Assembly: GCA_965248265.1 (NCBI GenBank)
Contig: CBDFJF010000001.1
Span: 992,001-1,056,000 of the forward strand
Source: Candidatus Latescibacterota bacterium
GTDB taxonomy: Bacteria; Latescibacterota; UBA2968; UBA8231
DNA: 64,000 nucleotides
Direction: 5' to 3'
Part shown: positions 18,163-27,386 of the stretch, piece after piece
How positions within the stretch are numbered: the stretch's first letter is position 1
How the letters are laid out: the number at the start of each line of letters is the position of its first letter
Translations under genes and position numbers: made by a program
The notes under the pieces: model-generated
The model's database searches: none
The model's input: only the letters and a program-made list of their open reading frames with translations
What the model was told of the DNA's origin: nothing

Positions 18163-19476
18163 TGCAGCAACCGGGCTGATAGGTAACAGTCTAAACCGGG
18201 TTGATGGGTGACACTATTGTTTTGATTGAATTCACTCCCGTACGATCATGTCCCTCTCGTCGACGGTGGCTAGGAGGACGGTGTTGAAGTAGATGGCCCA
18301 GACGCCGTCGTCGATCTCCTCGAGACCGATGTCGAGATGCTTGAGAGACTGAGCGATGAAGATGAGCTTGTGGCCGAGGCGTATGGTCCCGGCTCGGGTG
18401 ACGTGCTTGATGACGAAGTGACCGGGGTACTCAATGGTCGGCATGCGGCCGGGATAGGGCCGGGGTGATGGGTGGTACCGGGAGCCAGGAGTCTTGCCGT
18501 TGAGGGCGTCATGGGGACGCTCGTCGTTGTAGAGCTGTCGGAAGCGCTGGAAGGATCGCTGCTGGGCGGCCTTGTTGGCGGCGGGTGGCCGACAGGTAGC
18601 GGCCTTCAAGGTGCGATGCATGCGTTCGTGGGCGCCATTTTCCTGCGGCGATGCCGGGCGGATCCGCTGGTGCACGATGCCGAGCCTCATCCACCAAACG
18701 TTGAGTCGGCATAGCCCATGCAATCCTCTGGAAGCAAAGGGAACGCCGTTGTCGGTGCGAATGGCCTGAGGCAGGCCGAATTCGCGGAAGGCTCTCTCGA
18801 AGACCGGACGCGCATGCAAGGTCTTGATGTCGGGCAGGGCGCGGCAGGTCAGGAGATAGCGAGTGTGCTGATCGCTGATGGTGAGAGGGAAACACCAAAC
18901 TCCGTTCTTGGTAGGAAATTGGCCTTTGAAGTCGGCCGTCCACAGATCGTTGGGGTTGTCGGTGGTCGGCGGCACGGCTCCGGGGTGCTGACGTGGGCGT
19001 CGTCGTCGTCGCTTCTTCACCAGGCCTTCGCGCACCAGCAGATCGCCTGCCGTACTGACCGCCGGCCAGGAGCAGATGTGCGGATGTCGAGGCGCCAGCC
19101 AGTCCAACAGTTTGTTCGGTCCCCAATCGGGGTGCCGTGTGCGCGCTCCGAGAATGAGCTCGGCAATCTCTGGCGCCATGCGATGCGGACAGGTGTGGGG
19201 CGCGTGACTGCGGTCCCGTAACCCGGGCACCCCCTCTTCGGCGTGCCGCTGAAGCCACTTGTATCCGGTTTTGCGGCTGATCCCGTATCGCTCGCACAGC
19301 TCCGCTCTCGAGTAATGCCCGCGCTGATCGTCGGCGATAAATCGCTTACGTTGTTCCATGGGTGCTGTCTCCATCCAGGGCATCGACCAACCTCCCAATT
19401 GGGGTTGGTCAAAAAGTAGAAGGAGTGTCACCCATCAACCCGGTCAGATGTGTTACCAATCTACCCGGTTTGTACC
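18163..19476 (-). mobile_element. IS481-family insertion sequence
   Basis: Imperfect terminal IRs, each with two ACCGGG..ATNGGTRACA units (18163-18215 and 19424-19476); no clear target duplication. Confidence 0.85.
18232..19383 (-). CDS. IS481-family DDE transposase
   Basis: MPWME start, YGISRKTGYKW HTH, WTADFKG, IRTDNG, PQENGAHERMHRTLK. Confidence 0.92.
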   Translation of the reverse strand: MPWMETAPMEQRKRFIADDQRGHYSRAELCERYGISRKTGYKWLQRHAEEGVPGLRDRSHAPHTCPHRMAPEIAELILGARTRHPDWGPNKLLDWLAPRHPHICSWPAVSTAGDLLVREGLVKKRRRRRPRQHPGAVPPTTDNPNDLWTADFKGQFPTKNGVWCFPLTISDQHTRYLLTCRALPDIKTLHARPVFERAFREFGLPQAIRTDNGVPFASRGLHGLCRLNVWWMRLGIVHQRIRPASPQENGAHERMHRTLKAATCRPPAANKAAQQRSFQRFRQLYNDERPHDALNGKTPGSRYHPSPRPYPGRMPTIEYPGHFVIKHVTRAGTIRLGHKLIFIAQSLKHLDIGLEEIDDGVWAIYFNTVLLATVDERDMIVRE

Positions 19477-19484
19477 TGCCCATC

Positions 19485-19576
19485 TGCTAACAACTCGTTT
19501 GCCGCTGCGCCGCCTTCGGCGGCTTGGCCTGATGGCAACCTGCTTCGCAGGTTCGGCAATCGGTAAAACGTTAAAT
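19485..19576 (+). other. attC-like integron recombination site
   Basis: TGCTAAC...GTTAAAT ends, complementary inner arms (GTTTGCCG / CGGTAAAAC) and two internal TTC-loop hairpins. Confidence 0.7.
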
Positions 19577-19603
19577 GAAATCGTGATTTCCAAGTACGCC
19601 GAC

Positions 19604-19954
19604 TCACGGTTGCTGTCGCAGATCAAATCCATTCCCCTCGCAGTCCTGAAAGTTGGCAACCCTGACGGGAACGCCGGGCCTGGGCTCCAAGAGCTCGAGC
19701 ATGCGTCCTCCAAAGCGTTCCACATCGGCCTGAATCTCTTCGATGCTGTCTACTTCGAGAACCAACCCCGCACGTGGCAATGGGTCATCCGGCTCGCTGG
19801 TGATATGCAGCGCCAGTTGGAGAGAGCCGAAATCCAAAGTCGTCCACCCTTCAGACTCGAACGACGGCTTGACATCGAAGACCTCCATGTAAAAGCGCTT
19901 GGCGCGATCCATGTCGAGCACGTAGTGGATGACGTAGGGATTCCTGCCCTTCAT
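19604..19954 (-). CDS. VOC/glyoxalase family protein (inverted cassette gene)
   Basis: YVLDMDRAKRFY, LALH, FQDCEGN; SD GGAGG before ATG 19954. Confidence 0.88.
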   Translation of the reverse strand: MKGRNPYVIHYVLDMDRAKRFYMEVFDVKPSFESEGWTTLDFGSLQLALHITSEPDDPLPRAGLVLEVDSIEEIQADVERFGGRMLELLEPRPGVPVRVANFQDCEGNGFDLRQQP

Positions 19955-20048
19955 GATCGTAACCTCCGTTGTATATTTAACCTCCGAATGTCGATTCCGG
20001 CTAAACCTAGCATATGATGAAAGTTGATGCCACGTGAAGATCCACGAC

Positions 20049-20153
20049 TTCATTTAACTAAATCTGGCGTGCGCACTAGGGCACGAAAAAAAACGATATA
20101 TGATATGGGATGCGACGAGCCGGTAAGTTACTTGGCCAAGACAGTAAAATGAA
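20049..20153 (+). other. Degenerate attC-like site
   Basis: TTCATTTAACT ... AGTAAAATGAA inverted ends; the left end is complementary to the cassette start GTTAAATGAAATCGTG at 19570. Confidence 0.55.
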
Positions 20154-20158
20154 ATGCC

Positions 20159-21005
20159 ATGAGCGCTGACTACTTGATTCAGAGAATCAAGGATGAGTTT
20201 CCCGAACTTTCGTGGAACAGATATAGGTACGTCGATACCGGTTGGGATCATGAAGTAATCATTCTTGATGAGCATCTTGTTTTTCGGATTCCCAGGGGCT
20301 ATCAGGACGAATTAACGAACGAGATTCGCTTCCTCAACTATCTGAAAAGTAGAGTTGAGATTGGGATTCCTGTGTATAAATACGTGTCGAAAGATGAGTG
20401 CCTTGCGGGCTATCCCTTCTTGTATGGGGAGGAGTTGTCGGCCAAAGGTTTGAGCGCTTGTCGATTTCAGACAGGAAGGTTGTTGCTATCCAGCTGGCCG
20501 GATTTCTCTCTGACGCCACACAACCCCTCTCGCAGAAGTGAATGGGTTCAATATCCCAACAATTGGACTACCTGATTTTATTGGAGAGCGGGGTATAGAA
20601 CCATTGACGCCGTTGCTGGACCGCGCTGATATCAAAGTGATAGAGATATTCCTCGAAGAATTCGACGCTGTCTGGAGCCGGGCTTGTGGTAAGGTACTTC
20701 TTCACGGCGAACTCAATGAGGAACATATCCTCTGGGATGAAGAGCGGCTTGAGGTAAACACGATCGACCTAAGTGCATGCGCATTCAGCGATCCGGCCCA
20801 CGATTTTGCAGAGCTTTGGATATATGGCCCTCAGTTTGTGGAACGCGTGTTGGAATTGTACGAATTAGATGATCATGCCGGGCTAATTCAGAAGTCCAAG
20901 CTTCTCTTCATGGGTAAAGCTATCAGCTTGATGCTTGGTCCCGTAGAAGGACCACAGGCTACGTTCCGTAGCGGCTTGACACTTTTCCGACAGCGTTTTA
21001 GATAA
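20159..21005 (+). pseudogene. Frameshifted APH-family phosphotransferase
   Basis: N-part (GWDHEV, LVFRIPR) and C-part (LLHGEL, IDLS, DPAHDFA) lie in different frames, overlapping at 20538-20575; low GC. Confidence 0.75.
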
Positions 21006-21070
21006 AATTCACATCATATATCACAGCAATTCCCACTGCGCCGATTTGGAATCTCACCGAGGGAAGCTCA

Positions 21071-21412
21071 ATGGACGAGGACCGGAAAACCGCACGCTGG
21101 CGCCGGCGGCGGATCATTTACAACAACGACGGCGACGACGTGATCGAAGCGCGCCCCGGAGCTCTCGACTGGGATGGGCGCTGCTATCACATGGCGGAAC
21201 CGTATAGTGTCATGGAGTTCCCCCAGGAGACTGGCGCGCTCAACTACCGGCATCACATGAGCAGCCTGTTCGGCGGTCTTATCGACAACGGCCTGGCTAT
21301 CGAGGAAGTTCTCGACCACCCGTGGAGTGAGCCCGACCCTGCAGCCAAGCCTGGCACTTGGTCCCACGAAATGGCATACAACGTCTCGATAATCATAGTC
21401 GCAAGGGCATAG
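21071..21412 (+). pseudogene. Chimeric ORF: GH-like N-terminus plus methyltransferase-like C-terminus
   Basis: RRRRIIYNNDGDD joined to YRHHMSSLFGGLIDNGLAIEEV. Confidence 0.45.
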
Positions 21413-21474
21413 CGGTCCGTCCCACTGAACACCCTCGACCAGGGTAGAGCTTCGCTGGCTGCGACGTTACCTTT

Positions 21475-21804
21475 ATGGCGATCTTAGGCTACTTTGAAGG
21501 AGCGGCTGTGGATCCCCTTCGACGATTCCTGACATCGAACATCAGAGTTCCCGTTGCGACACGTTGGGCGGGCGCGAAAACGCTCGTGTGCTCTTCGGCG
21601 TTCCTCGCAGCTCTGGCAGTGCTAGGCTGCAACGCCTACAAACTTCCCTCGCTCTCTCCGCGTGTCGCGGGTCTTCCGGAACGAATATCGCTGGCTGGCC
21701 TCTACTCCGACGCGACACTGAGCGCAGTCGCCGGCGACCTCAGATCCTTCGCGCCGATGTACGAGCTGTGGAGCGACGGCGCCCATAAGCCTTCAGACAG
21801 GTAA
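21475..21804 (+). pseudogene. Truncated lipoprotein fragment (LWSDGA-K family N-terminus)
   Basis: LAVLGC lipobox, LPERISLAGLY..YELWSDGAHK, then an early stop. Confidence 0.45.
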
Positions 21805-21838
21805 CGAACCCCATCCGACAGGTAGGGAGAACGCGATA

Positions 21839-22363
21839 ATGGAGCTACTTCAAGCGGCCGCGCTGCTGGCGGCTACGATGACTATGGGGATAGCGGCGGG
21901 GGTCTACCAACTCTACGCCTTCGCCATCATGCCGGGGCTGCGCAGGAGTGACGATCGCACGTTCGTCGGAGCTTTCCAGCAGATCGATACGGCGATCGTC
22001 GGCCCCTTTTTGCTCGTCTTTTTCTTCGGTCCGCTGGTCTTCAGCGCTCTGGCAGGTGCGCTCCACTTTGGCGCGGACGAGCGATCGGCGTTGCCCTGGA
22101 TCGGCGGCGCGTTCATCCTGCAGCTCGTGGTTCTTGTAATTACCTTCGCCATCAACGTACCGGTCAACGACGAGATCAAGGCGGCCGGGAATCCAGGCGA
22201 GATCGGCGATCTCGCCACGGTCCGCGAGCGGTTCAACGAAGCGAAGTGGGGCAGCTGGAATCTCTGTCGGGTCGGGGCCTCGACATTCGCGTTCGGCTGC
22301 CTCGCATGGGCCCTGGTGTTGCACGGGCGCGCAGGGGCCTGCTCACCGCCCATCACACCCTGA
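21839..22363 (+). CDS. DUF1772/anthrone-oxygenase-like membrane protein
   Basis: FAIMPGL..FVGAFQQID, INVPVND, WGSWNLCR. Confidence 0.85.
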   Translation: MELLQAAALLAATMTMGIAAGVYQLYAFAIMPGLRRSDDRTFVGAFQQIDTAIVGPFLLVFFFGPLVFSALAGALHFGADERSALPWIGGAFILQLVVLVITFAINVPVNDEIKAAGNPGEIGDLATVRERFNEAKWGSWNLCRVGASTFAFGCLAWALVLHGRAGACSPPITP

Positions 22364-22506
22364 ATCCGATGGTCGGGACCCCGTCGAGCAGGCCGTGGAA
22401 AAGGCGTAACGTGTCTGAGCTCAGTGCCCATCGCGTTGGCCTAACCCGATGCTCAGGCACGCTATCAGCCGTCTTCAAGGCTGTAGCGGACAGACGAGTC
22501 AGGCCC

Positions 22507-23907
22507 TCAGAACTCGATCCGCAACAACTCGACGGGAATCGCCCGACTACCTGGACTTCCGCTGTGCGCCAGCATGCCCATGGTGAACAGAGCCTCGGGG
22601 GAGAGCAGTGAAACCCTCACATCTTCAAGCGACGAGTCTTCTCTGCTCGTCACGCGCTCCCCCCAACCTTTCGTGGAGCCGTGCGTGAACCACACCCCCA
22701 ACGCCGACCCCACCATCCCGGCCACGTTGAACGCCTTCTGGCTATCGGCACCGACTGAGTAGATCAACCCCTGGCCAACGAGGGAGCCGGCGTACGCACC
22801 GACCGTGATCATGCGACCGCGACCAAGGGTGTAGTCCTCACCCTCCGTCAGGCGATACCCCATATAAGCCCCGGCCGGCAGACCGACCATGGCAGAAAGC
22901 GTGTACAGTCGCTCGTGCTCCTCATCGTCTACCAGATCGATGACGGTCAGTGCGTAGGCTATGCCGAGCCAACCACCGAGAGAGGTCAGATGCGCCCGCC
23001 CGCGGTTGATCGGTCGATCACGAACGAAACGGCTCGTCACCCAGCCGCCAATAGGCACGCCAGCCATTGACGATGCGAGATACACCTTGGGATGGTCGTC
23101 CATGTCGCCAATGCCGATCACGTAGGGAACGGCCAGTCCGTACATACTGCCCACAAACATGCCGGTGGTGATCAGGTCGGCTTCGCCCTTCTTGATACGA
23201 CGATCCGACGAAAGCCGGTACGCGGCATAGCCACCAACTGGGGTGAGCGCCATCGCCGACGCGATGTAAACTTTGTTGTTGTCCACGCCGAGCAACCCGG
23301 GAATGCCCAGCCCGTAGAACGTGCCCGCGAAGTTGCCCCAGCGCACCAGTTTCGTGCGACCGTAGCCGAGGCGATAATCCTTCGTCGCGCTCAGTGTGCC
23401 GGCGAAGGAGCCGCCGGTGATCAACAGCCCCACACCAGTCGCGGCGCGGCCTTCGAGACCGAGCAACTCGGTCGTCCCGAATCCGTACAGATAGGCCCCG
23501 TAGAGGAATCCGTCCGTGACCAGCCGCAGGCGGCCTTCCTGCTCCGCTTCCGTCGCCGCCTCTCGCCGAACGCCCGAGCGGATCTGTGCATCCACGGCTG
23601 CTATCTGTTGCCGCAATGCCTGCAGCTCGTCAACCGCTAAAGGGATCCGCTTGACAAGCCTATCTTTGTCGCGCCGGTACGAGATTCGCAAAAAGTACTG
23701 CTCTGCTGAGCTCACGACTTCGGCTACAAGGAAGCCGCCGTACTCGTCGAACAGGCCGTACTTCTGCCGTTCGGCGGGATCGATTTCATAGCCGACGGAC
23801 TCGGTGACGGCGATGATCCGCTCTTCCACAGGTTGTGCCTGAATCTGAGTGTAGATCAGACACAAGAGCAGGGGCCATCCGGGCGCCGTCGCATGTTTTC
23901 GAATCAT
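22507..23907 (-). CDS. Exported/membrane protein with repeated Gly-rich hydrophobic helical hairpins
   Basis: Signal peptide; about four repeats of the G(R/E)-x-x-L...G..Y....G.P.G pattern; C-terminal F. Confidence 0.7.
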   Translation of the reverse strand: MIRKHATAPGWPLLLCLIYTQIQAQPVEERIIAVTESVGYEIDPAERQKYGLFDEYGGFLVAEVVSSAEQYFLRISYRRDKDRLVKRIPLAVDELQALRQQIAAVDAQIRSGVRREAATEAEQEGRLRLVTDGFLYGAYLYGFGTTELLGLEGRAATGVGLLITGGSFAGTLSATKDYRLGYGRTKLVRWGNFAGTFYGLGIPGLLGVDNNKVYIASAMALTPVGGYAAYRLSSDRRIKKGEADLITTGMFVGSMYGLAVPYVIGIGDMDDHPKVYLASSMAGVPIGGWVTSRFVRDRPINRGRAHLTSLGGWLGIAYALTVIDLVDDEEHERLYTLSAMVGLPAGAYMGYRLTEGEDYTLGRGRMITVGAYAGSLVGQGLIYSVGADSQKAFNVAGMVGSALGVWFTHGSTKGWGERVTSREDSSLEDVRVSLLSPEALFTMGMLAHSGSPGSRAIPVELLRIEF

Positions 23908-24178
23908 CTCACACCTCCTCCCAAACTGCCAGGGAGCGACCAGGATCGTCCCGTAAGGGTAGCCCGTGGCATGTGGCGGTCAAGAGCAATGAATGTGCCC
24001 GGAGTATCATGCTCCTCCAGGAACCTCCTATTGCTTTTCTCGCCGGGTCGGTAGAACCTCCTATGTCCATCACCAGAGGCGGTGGGCTGAGACCAATACT
24101 AATCGAAACCCTCTCCGCACAAGGCGAAGGGCGACCCCATGAGCAACATCATCGGAGGTCATAGGGAGACCACTGGGT

Positions 24179-26146
24179 TTGTCAGGTAAAACAGAGAGGG
24201 AGTCGGCGACAGGAGTGACGCCGCGCTCATTGGTCATCGGAGCTGGACTCAGCCTGTTGATCGGAGTGGGCGAGCCTTACGGTTCGCGGGTCATCATGGG
24301 CAGCCATATGAGCTCATTGAATGGTCCTGCCGCTTTCTTCCTGTTCTTTGTGTGGGTGGGTGTTGTCCAGGTCCTGTTAGCAGTCATCCACCGCAGGCTG
24401 GTCCTGGGCAAGGCGGAGTTGCTGACCATTTACCTCATGATGGTCGTGGCCACGGCGTTCTCGGGTGGAGAGCGTAACGGATTCACCTTTATGCTGTTGG
24501 GGTCCGTTGCCGGAGTATTCTACCTGGCGAAGCCGGAGAACGACTGGGCGGAGCGAGTTCATCCCTACGTAGCGGATTGGATGGTCCCCCACGACGAGCT
24601 GGGGATCCAGTGGTTCTTCGAGGGGATGCCGGATGGCGAGTCCATTCCTTGGGACATGTGGCTGCCGCCGCTGCTGTGGTGGTTGGTGTTCATGGTGGGG
24701 TTGTGGACGGTGAGCATCTGCACGATGGTGATTCTCCGTCGCCAGTGGGTGGAACACGAGCACCTGATCTATCCTATCACCAAAGTGCCTCTGGCGATGG
24801 TAGAGCCACCATCTGGCGGTTCGTTGGTGGCGCCTTTTTTCAAGAGCCGCCTGATGTGGGTGGGATTGCTGCTGACGTTTGGTCGGGAGAGCCTCAACGC
24901 CCTGAACCACTACTTCCCCTTCGTTCCCGTGATTCCGAGACACCTGGGACAGGTGTCACTGCTGCGACGCGTCGCCAGTGTAGGCTTCTCGATGAATCTG
25001 ATGATCCTGGGGTTTGCGTATTTCCTCAAACCGGACGTGATGTTCGGGATGTGGATATTCTACATCCTGCGACGCCTGGAGGAGGGTGTACTGACCTTGA
25101 CGGGGGCGGGCATTGGAGAAGATCTGTCTGGTTTTGGCGGTGGCGGCGGCGTTACAGGAGTGCTGGCCCATCAGACCATCGGGGCCATGATCGCACTGGT
25201 GCTCTTCGGGCTCTGGATCGCCCGGGGGCATCTGCGGAACGTGTTTCGGAAGGCGTTCAGAGGGGATGCTTCGGTGGACGATTCCGACGAAGTCATGTCT
25301 TACCGGACAGCCGTATGGGGGGTGATCCTCGGCGTGGTCGTGATGAGCGTGTGGCTGTGGCGTGCGGGGTTGCCACTTTGGGCGGGGCTGCTGTTTCTAT
25401 TTGGCGCCCTGGTGACCTTTACCAGCCTGACGCGCATCATCGCGGAGGCGGGGTTGCCGATGGTGTTTCCCCGAAACATCCCCCTGGACTTCGTGATCTC
25501 CGGGATCGGGACGCGGTACATAGGGCCTTCGGGAATTGGGGCGCTGGCGCCGACGGTGATATGGACGGAGTCTCTGGCGAGCACGATGATGGCGCATGCC
25601 GCCACGGGGTTGAAGCTGGCCGGGGAGATCGCCTATCGCAAGCGCTGGATGTTGTTGGCGCTGGCGATCGCTATCGGGGTTTCCGCGGTCAGTACGTTCT
25701 GGATGTCGATGTCGATAGCCTATCGGGAGGGGGGAATCAATATAGCTGGTTCCATGAGCTATCTTCCCAACTATACCTGGGATTATATGGCCCGGCGAGT
25801 CGACGAGAATGCGGGACCGAACTGGCTCGGTTGGCTCATCCGGTTGGCGGGGGGTGGGGTGATGGCGAGTCTTCTGATTTTGCAGCGCCGGTTCCTGTGG
25901 TGGCCGCTACATCCTCTTGGATTTGTGGTCAGTATGGATAGGGTAATGGATACGGCTTGGTTTCCGGTCTTTGTGGCCTGGTTGATGAAGTCGGTCCTTT
26001 TGAAGTATGGTGGCCTCAACGCCTACCGCTCGCTCATTCCTGTTTTCTACGGGTTGATCCTGGGTCAGTTCGTGGCTGGAGGATTCTGGCTGATCGTTGA
26101 CTATTTCACCGGGATGATGGGCAATTCAATAACCATGGACTTCTAG
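24179..26146 (+). CDS. DUF6785/DUF6784-like (OPT-related) polytopic membrane protein
   Basis: RSLVIG, ELLTIYLMM, LRRQWVEHEHLIYPI, RIIAEAG, WWPLHPLG, LKYGG..GLILG. Confidence 0.8.
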   Translation: MSGKTERESATGVTPRSLVIGAGLSLLIGVGEPYGSRVIMGSHMSSLNGPAAFFLFFVWVGVVQVLLAVIHRRLVLGKAELLTIYLMMVVATAFSGGERNGFTFMLLGSVAGVFYLAKPENDWAERVHPYVADWMVPHDELGIQWFFEGMPDGESIPWDMWLPPLLWWLVFMVGLWTVSICTMVILRRQWVEHEHLIYPITKVPLAMVEPPSGGSLVAPFFKSRLMWVGLLLTFGRESLNALNHYFPFVPVIPRHLGQVSLLRRVASVGFSMNLMILGFAYFLKPDVMFGMWIFYILRRLEEGVLTLTGAGIGEDLSGFGGGGGVTGVLAHQTIGAMIALVLFGLWIARGHLRNVFRKAFRGDASVDDSDEVMSYRTAVWGVILGVVVMSVWLWRAGLPLWAGLLFLFGALVTFTSLTRIIAEAGLPMVFPRNIPLDFVISGIGTRYIGPSGIGALAPTVIWTESLASTMMAHAATGLKLAGEIAYRKRWMLLALAIAIGVSAVSTFWMSMSIAYREGGINIAGSMSYLPNYTWDYMARRVDENAGPNWLGWLIRLAGGGVMASLLILQRRFLWWPLHPLGFVVSMDRVMDTAWFPVFVAWLMKSVLLKYGGLNAYRSLIPVFYGLILGQFVAGGFWLIVDYFTGMMGNSITMDF

Positions 26147-26219
26147 CCGAGATGCCGACCCCGGGGATTGCGGATCATCATTTCCCTGACACTGGCGACA
26201 TTGTTTGCGTCGTTGGGAA

Positions 26220-26675
26220 TTAAGGCAGCTGCATTCGGAACATGAAAACGAACATTGGCGGCATCATTCCCATCATCATCATCATCATCCCGATCATCTT
26301 CGGCCGCCGCGTCCAGCTCTCGACCACATCGCCAAAGCGGCTGTCAATCCCGAGCTGGGCTTGCCACGACAGTCGGACGAGGTCTCCGAACAGCAGAATC
26401 GTTACCATGGCGATCACTATCGCATCCATCGCCATCTTCCATCGACTCAACAGAGCCAGCAGCTCGACCGCCGTGTATCCCCAGACAGTGAAGGCAGGCG
26501 GGGCCGGGGTCAAAACCGCGTGGGCCCATCCGTCGGGCATGGCGAGCATGACGAGGCCAACGGCCACCCATGGCGCACCTCGCCAATGCAGTTTTCGCGC
26601 CGTCCAGACCAGGCAGGCCAGAACGAGAGAACTCGCACCAACCGCCATTATCGTTGCGACAGCTTCGGTAACCAT
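26220..26675 (-). CDS. Small membrane protein with a Met-rich C-terminus
   Basis: AAGAGGGG SD; 3-4 hydrophobic segments; MIGMMMMMMGMMPPMFVFMFRM. Confidence 0.5.
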   Translation of the reverse strand: MVTEAVATIMAVGASSLVLACLVWTARKLHWRGAPWVAVGLVMLAMPDGWAHAVLTPAPPAFTVWGYTAVELLALLSRWKMAMDAIVIAMVTILLFGDLVRLSWQAQLGIDSRFGDVVESWTRRPKMIGMMMMMMGMMPPMFVFMFRMQLP

Positions 26676-26870
26676 CTCGCACCGCCCCTCTTGGGTTGCG
26701 TAACCCCTACCGGTTCATGCCGAATCGCATTCCCCGTGGGTTTGATTATTTTTTTTTGCGATTTGCAGAGTCACCGTAGGGTACGTAGATTCGGAGGAGG
26801 CACCAAACAGGCGATCATAATCCGCTCGCGACATTGCTGTTGAGATCTCTCCAAACGACCAAAGGTCCCG

Positions 26871-27386
26871 ATGCGATTCTGGATAGACACCGAGTACGAC
26901 GACTCCGGTGACCGACCCGTGCTGATCAGTCTCGGCGCCGTTGCGGAGGACGACCGCGAGTTCTATGCCGTCTCTACTGATTTCAGTGTGGAAAGCGTCA
27001 AGCCCTTCGTCAGCGAGAACGTACTCCCCCACCTCCCTCCCCGAGACTCGCCAGCCTGGCAATCCCTTACGGGTATTTCCAAGGCCTTCCTGGAGTTCGT
27101 TGGCGATGGTCCGGCTGAGTTTTGGAGTCTCATCGCCACCTATGACTGGTACCTGGTGACCAATGAATTGCTCGGTGGCCTCGACTACCTGCCTGAGAAC
27201 TGGAACTTCGAATGCTGGGATCTGTACCAATGGGCTTGGCGCATCGGTGCGTCGGAGGTTTATCCTCGCCTGCAACCCTCTTTCGAGGATTCCGATGAAC
27301 ACCATGCTCTGGCTTGTGCACGGCTACATCGGCGTATCTACGAGTACCTCGTCCAGTATGAGCGTGACCACCAACCCCTACGTTGA
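26871..27386 (+). CDS. 3'-5' exoribonuclease, DEDD (Rv2179c/DUF5051-like)
   Basis: IDTEY..LISLGAVAEDDREFY, ENVLPHL, YDW, HHAL. Confidence 0.8.
   Translation: MRFWIDTEYDDSGDRPVLISLGAVAEDDREFYAVSTDFSVESVKPFVSENVLPHLPPRDSPAWQSLTGISKAFLEFVGDGPAEFWSLIATYDWYLVTNELLGGLDYLPENWNFECWDLYQWAWRIGASEVYPRLQPSFEDSDEHHALACARLHRRIYEYLVQYERDHQPLR

Noticed and set aside
20538-20575. Programmed frameshift in the APH gene
   Set aside because: No slippery heptamer seen and the HGD motif is altered to HGE, so decay or a sequencing error is more likely.
22438-22460. GCCTAAC after the DUF1772 gene as an attC left end
   Set aside because: No matching right arm or GTTRRRY at a suitable distance.
24577-25941. 454-aa alternative-frame ORF inside the DUF6785-like gene
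   Set aside because: Gly/Arg/Asp-rich off-frame product expected from codon bias.
26205-26843. Plus-strand ORF with a poly-His run
   Set aside because: Arises from the same (CAT)n repeat; the minus-strand membrane ORF has the better SD and composition, though neither is proven.
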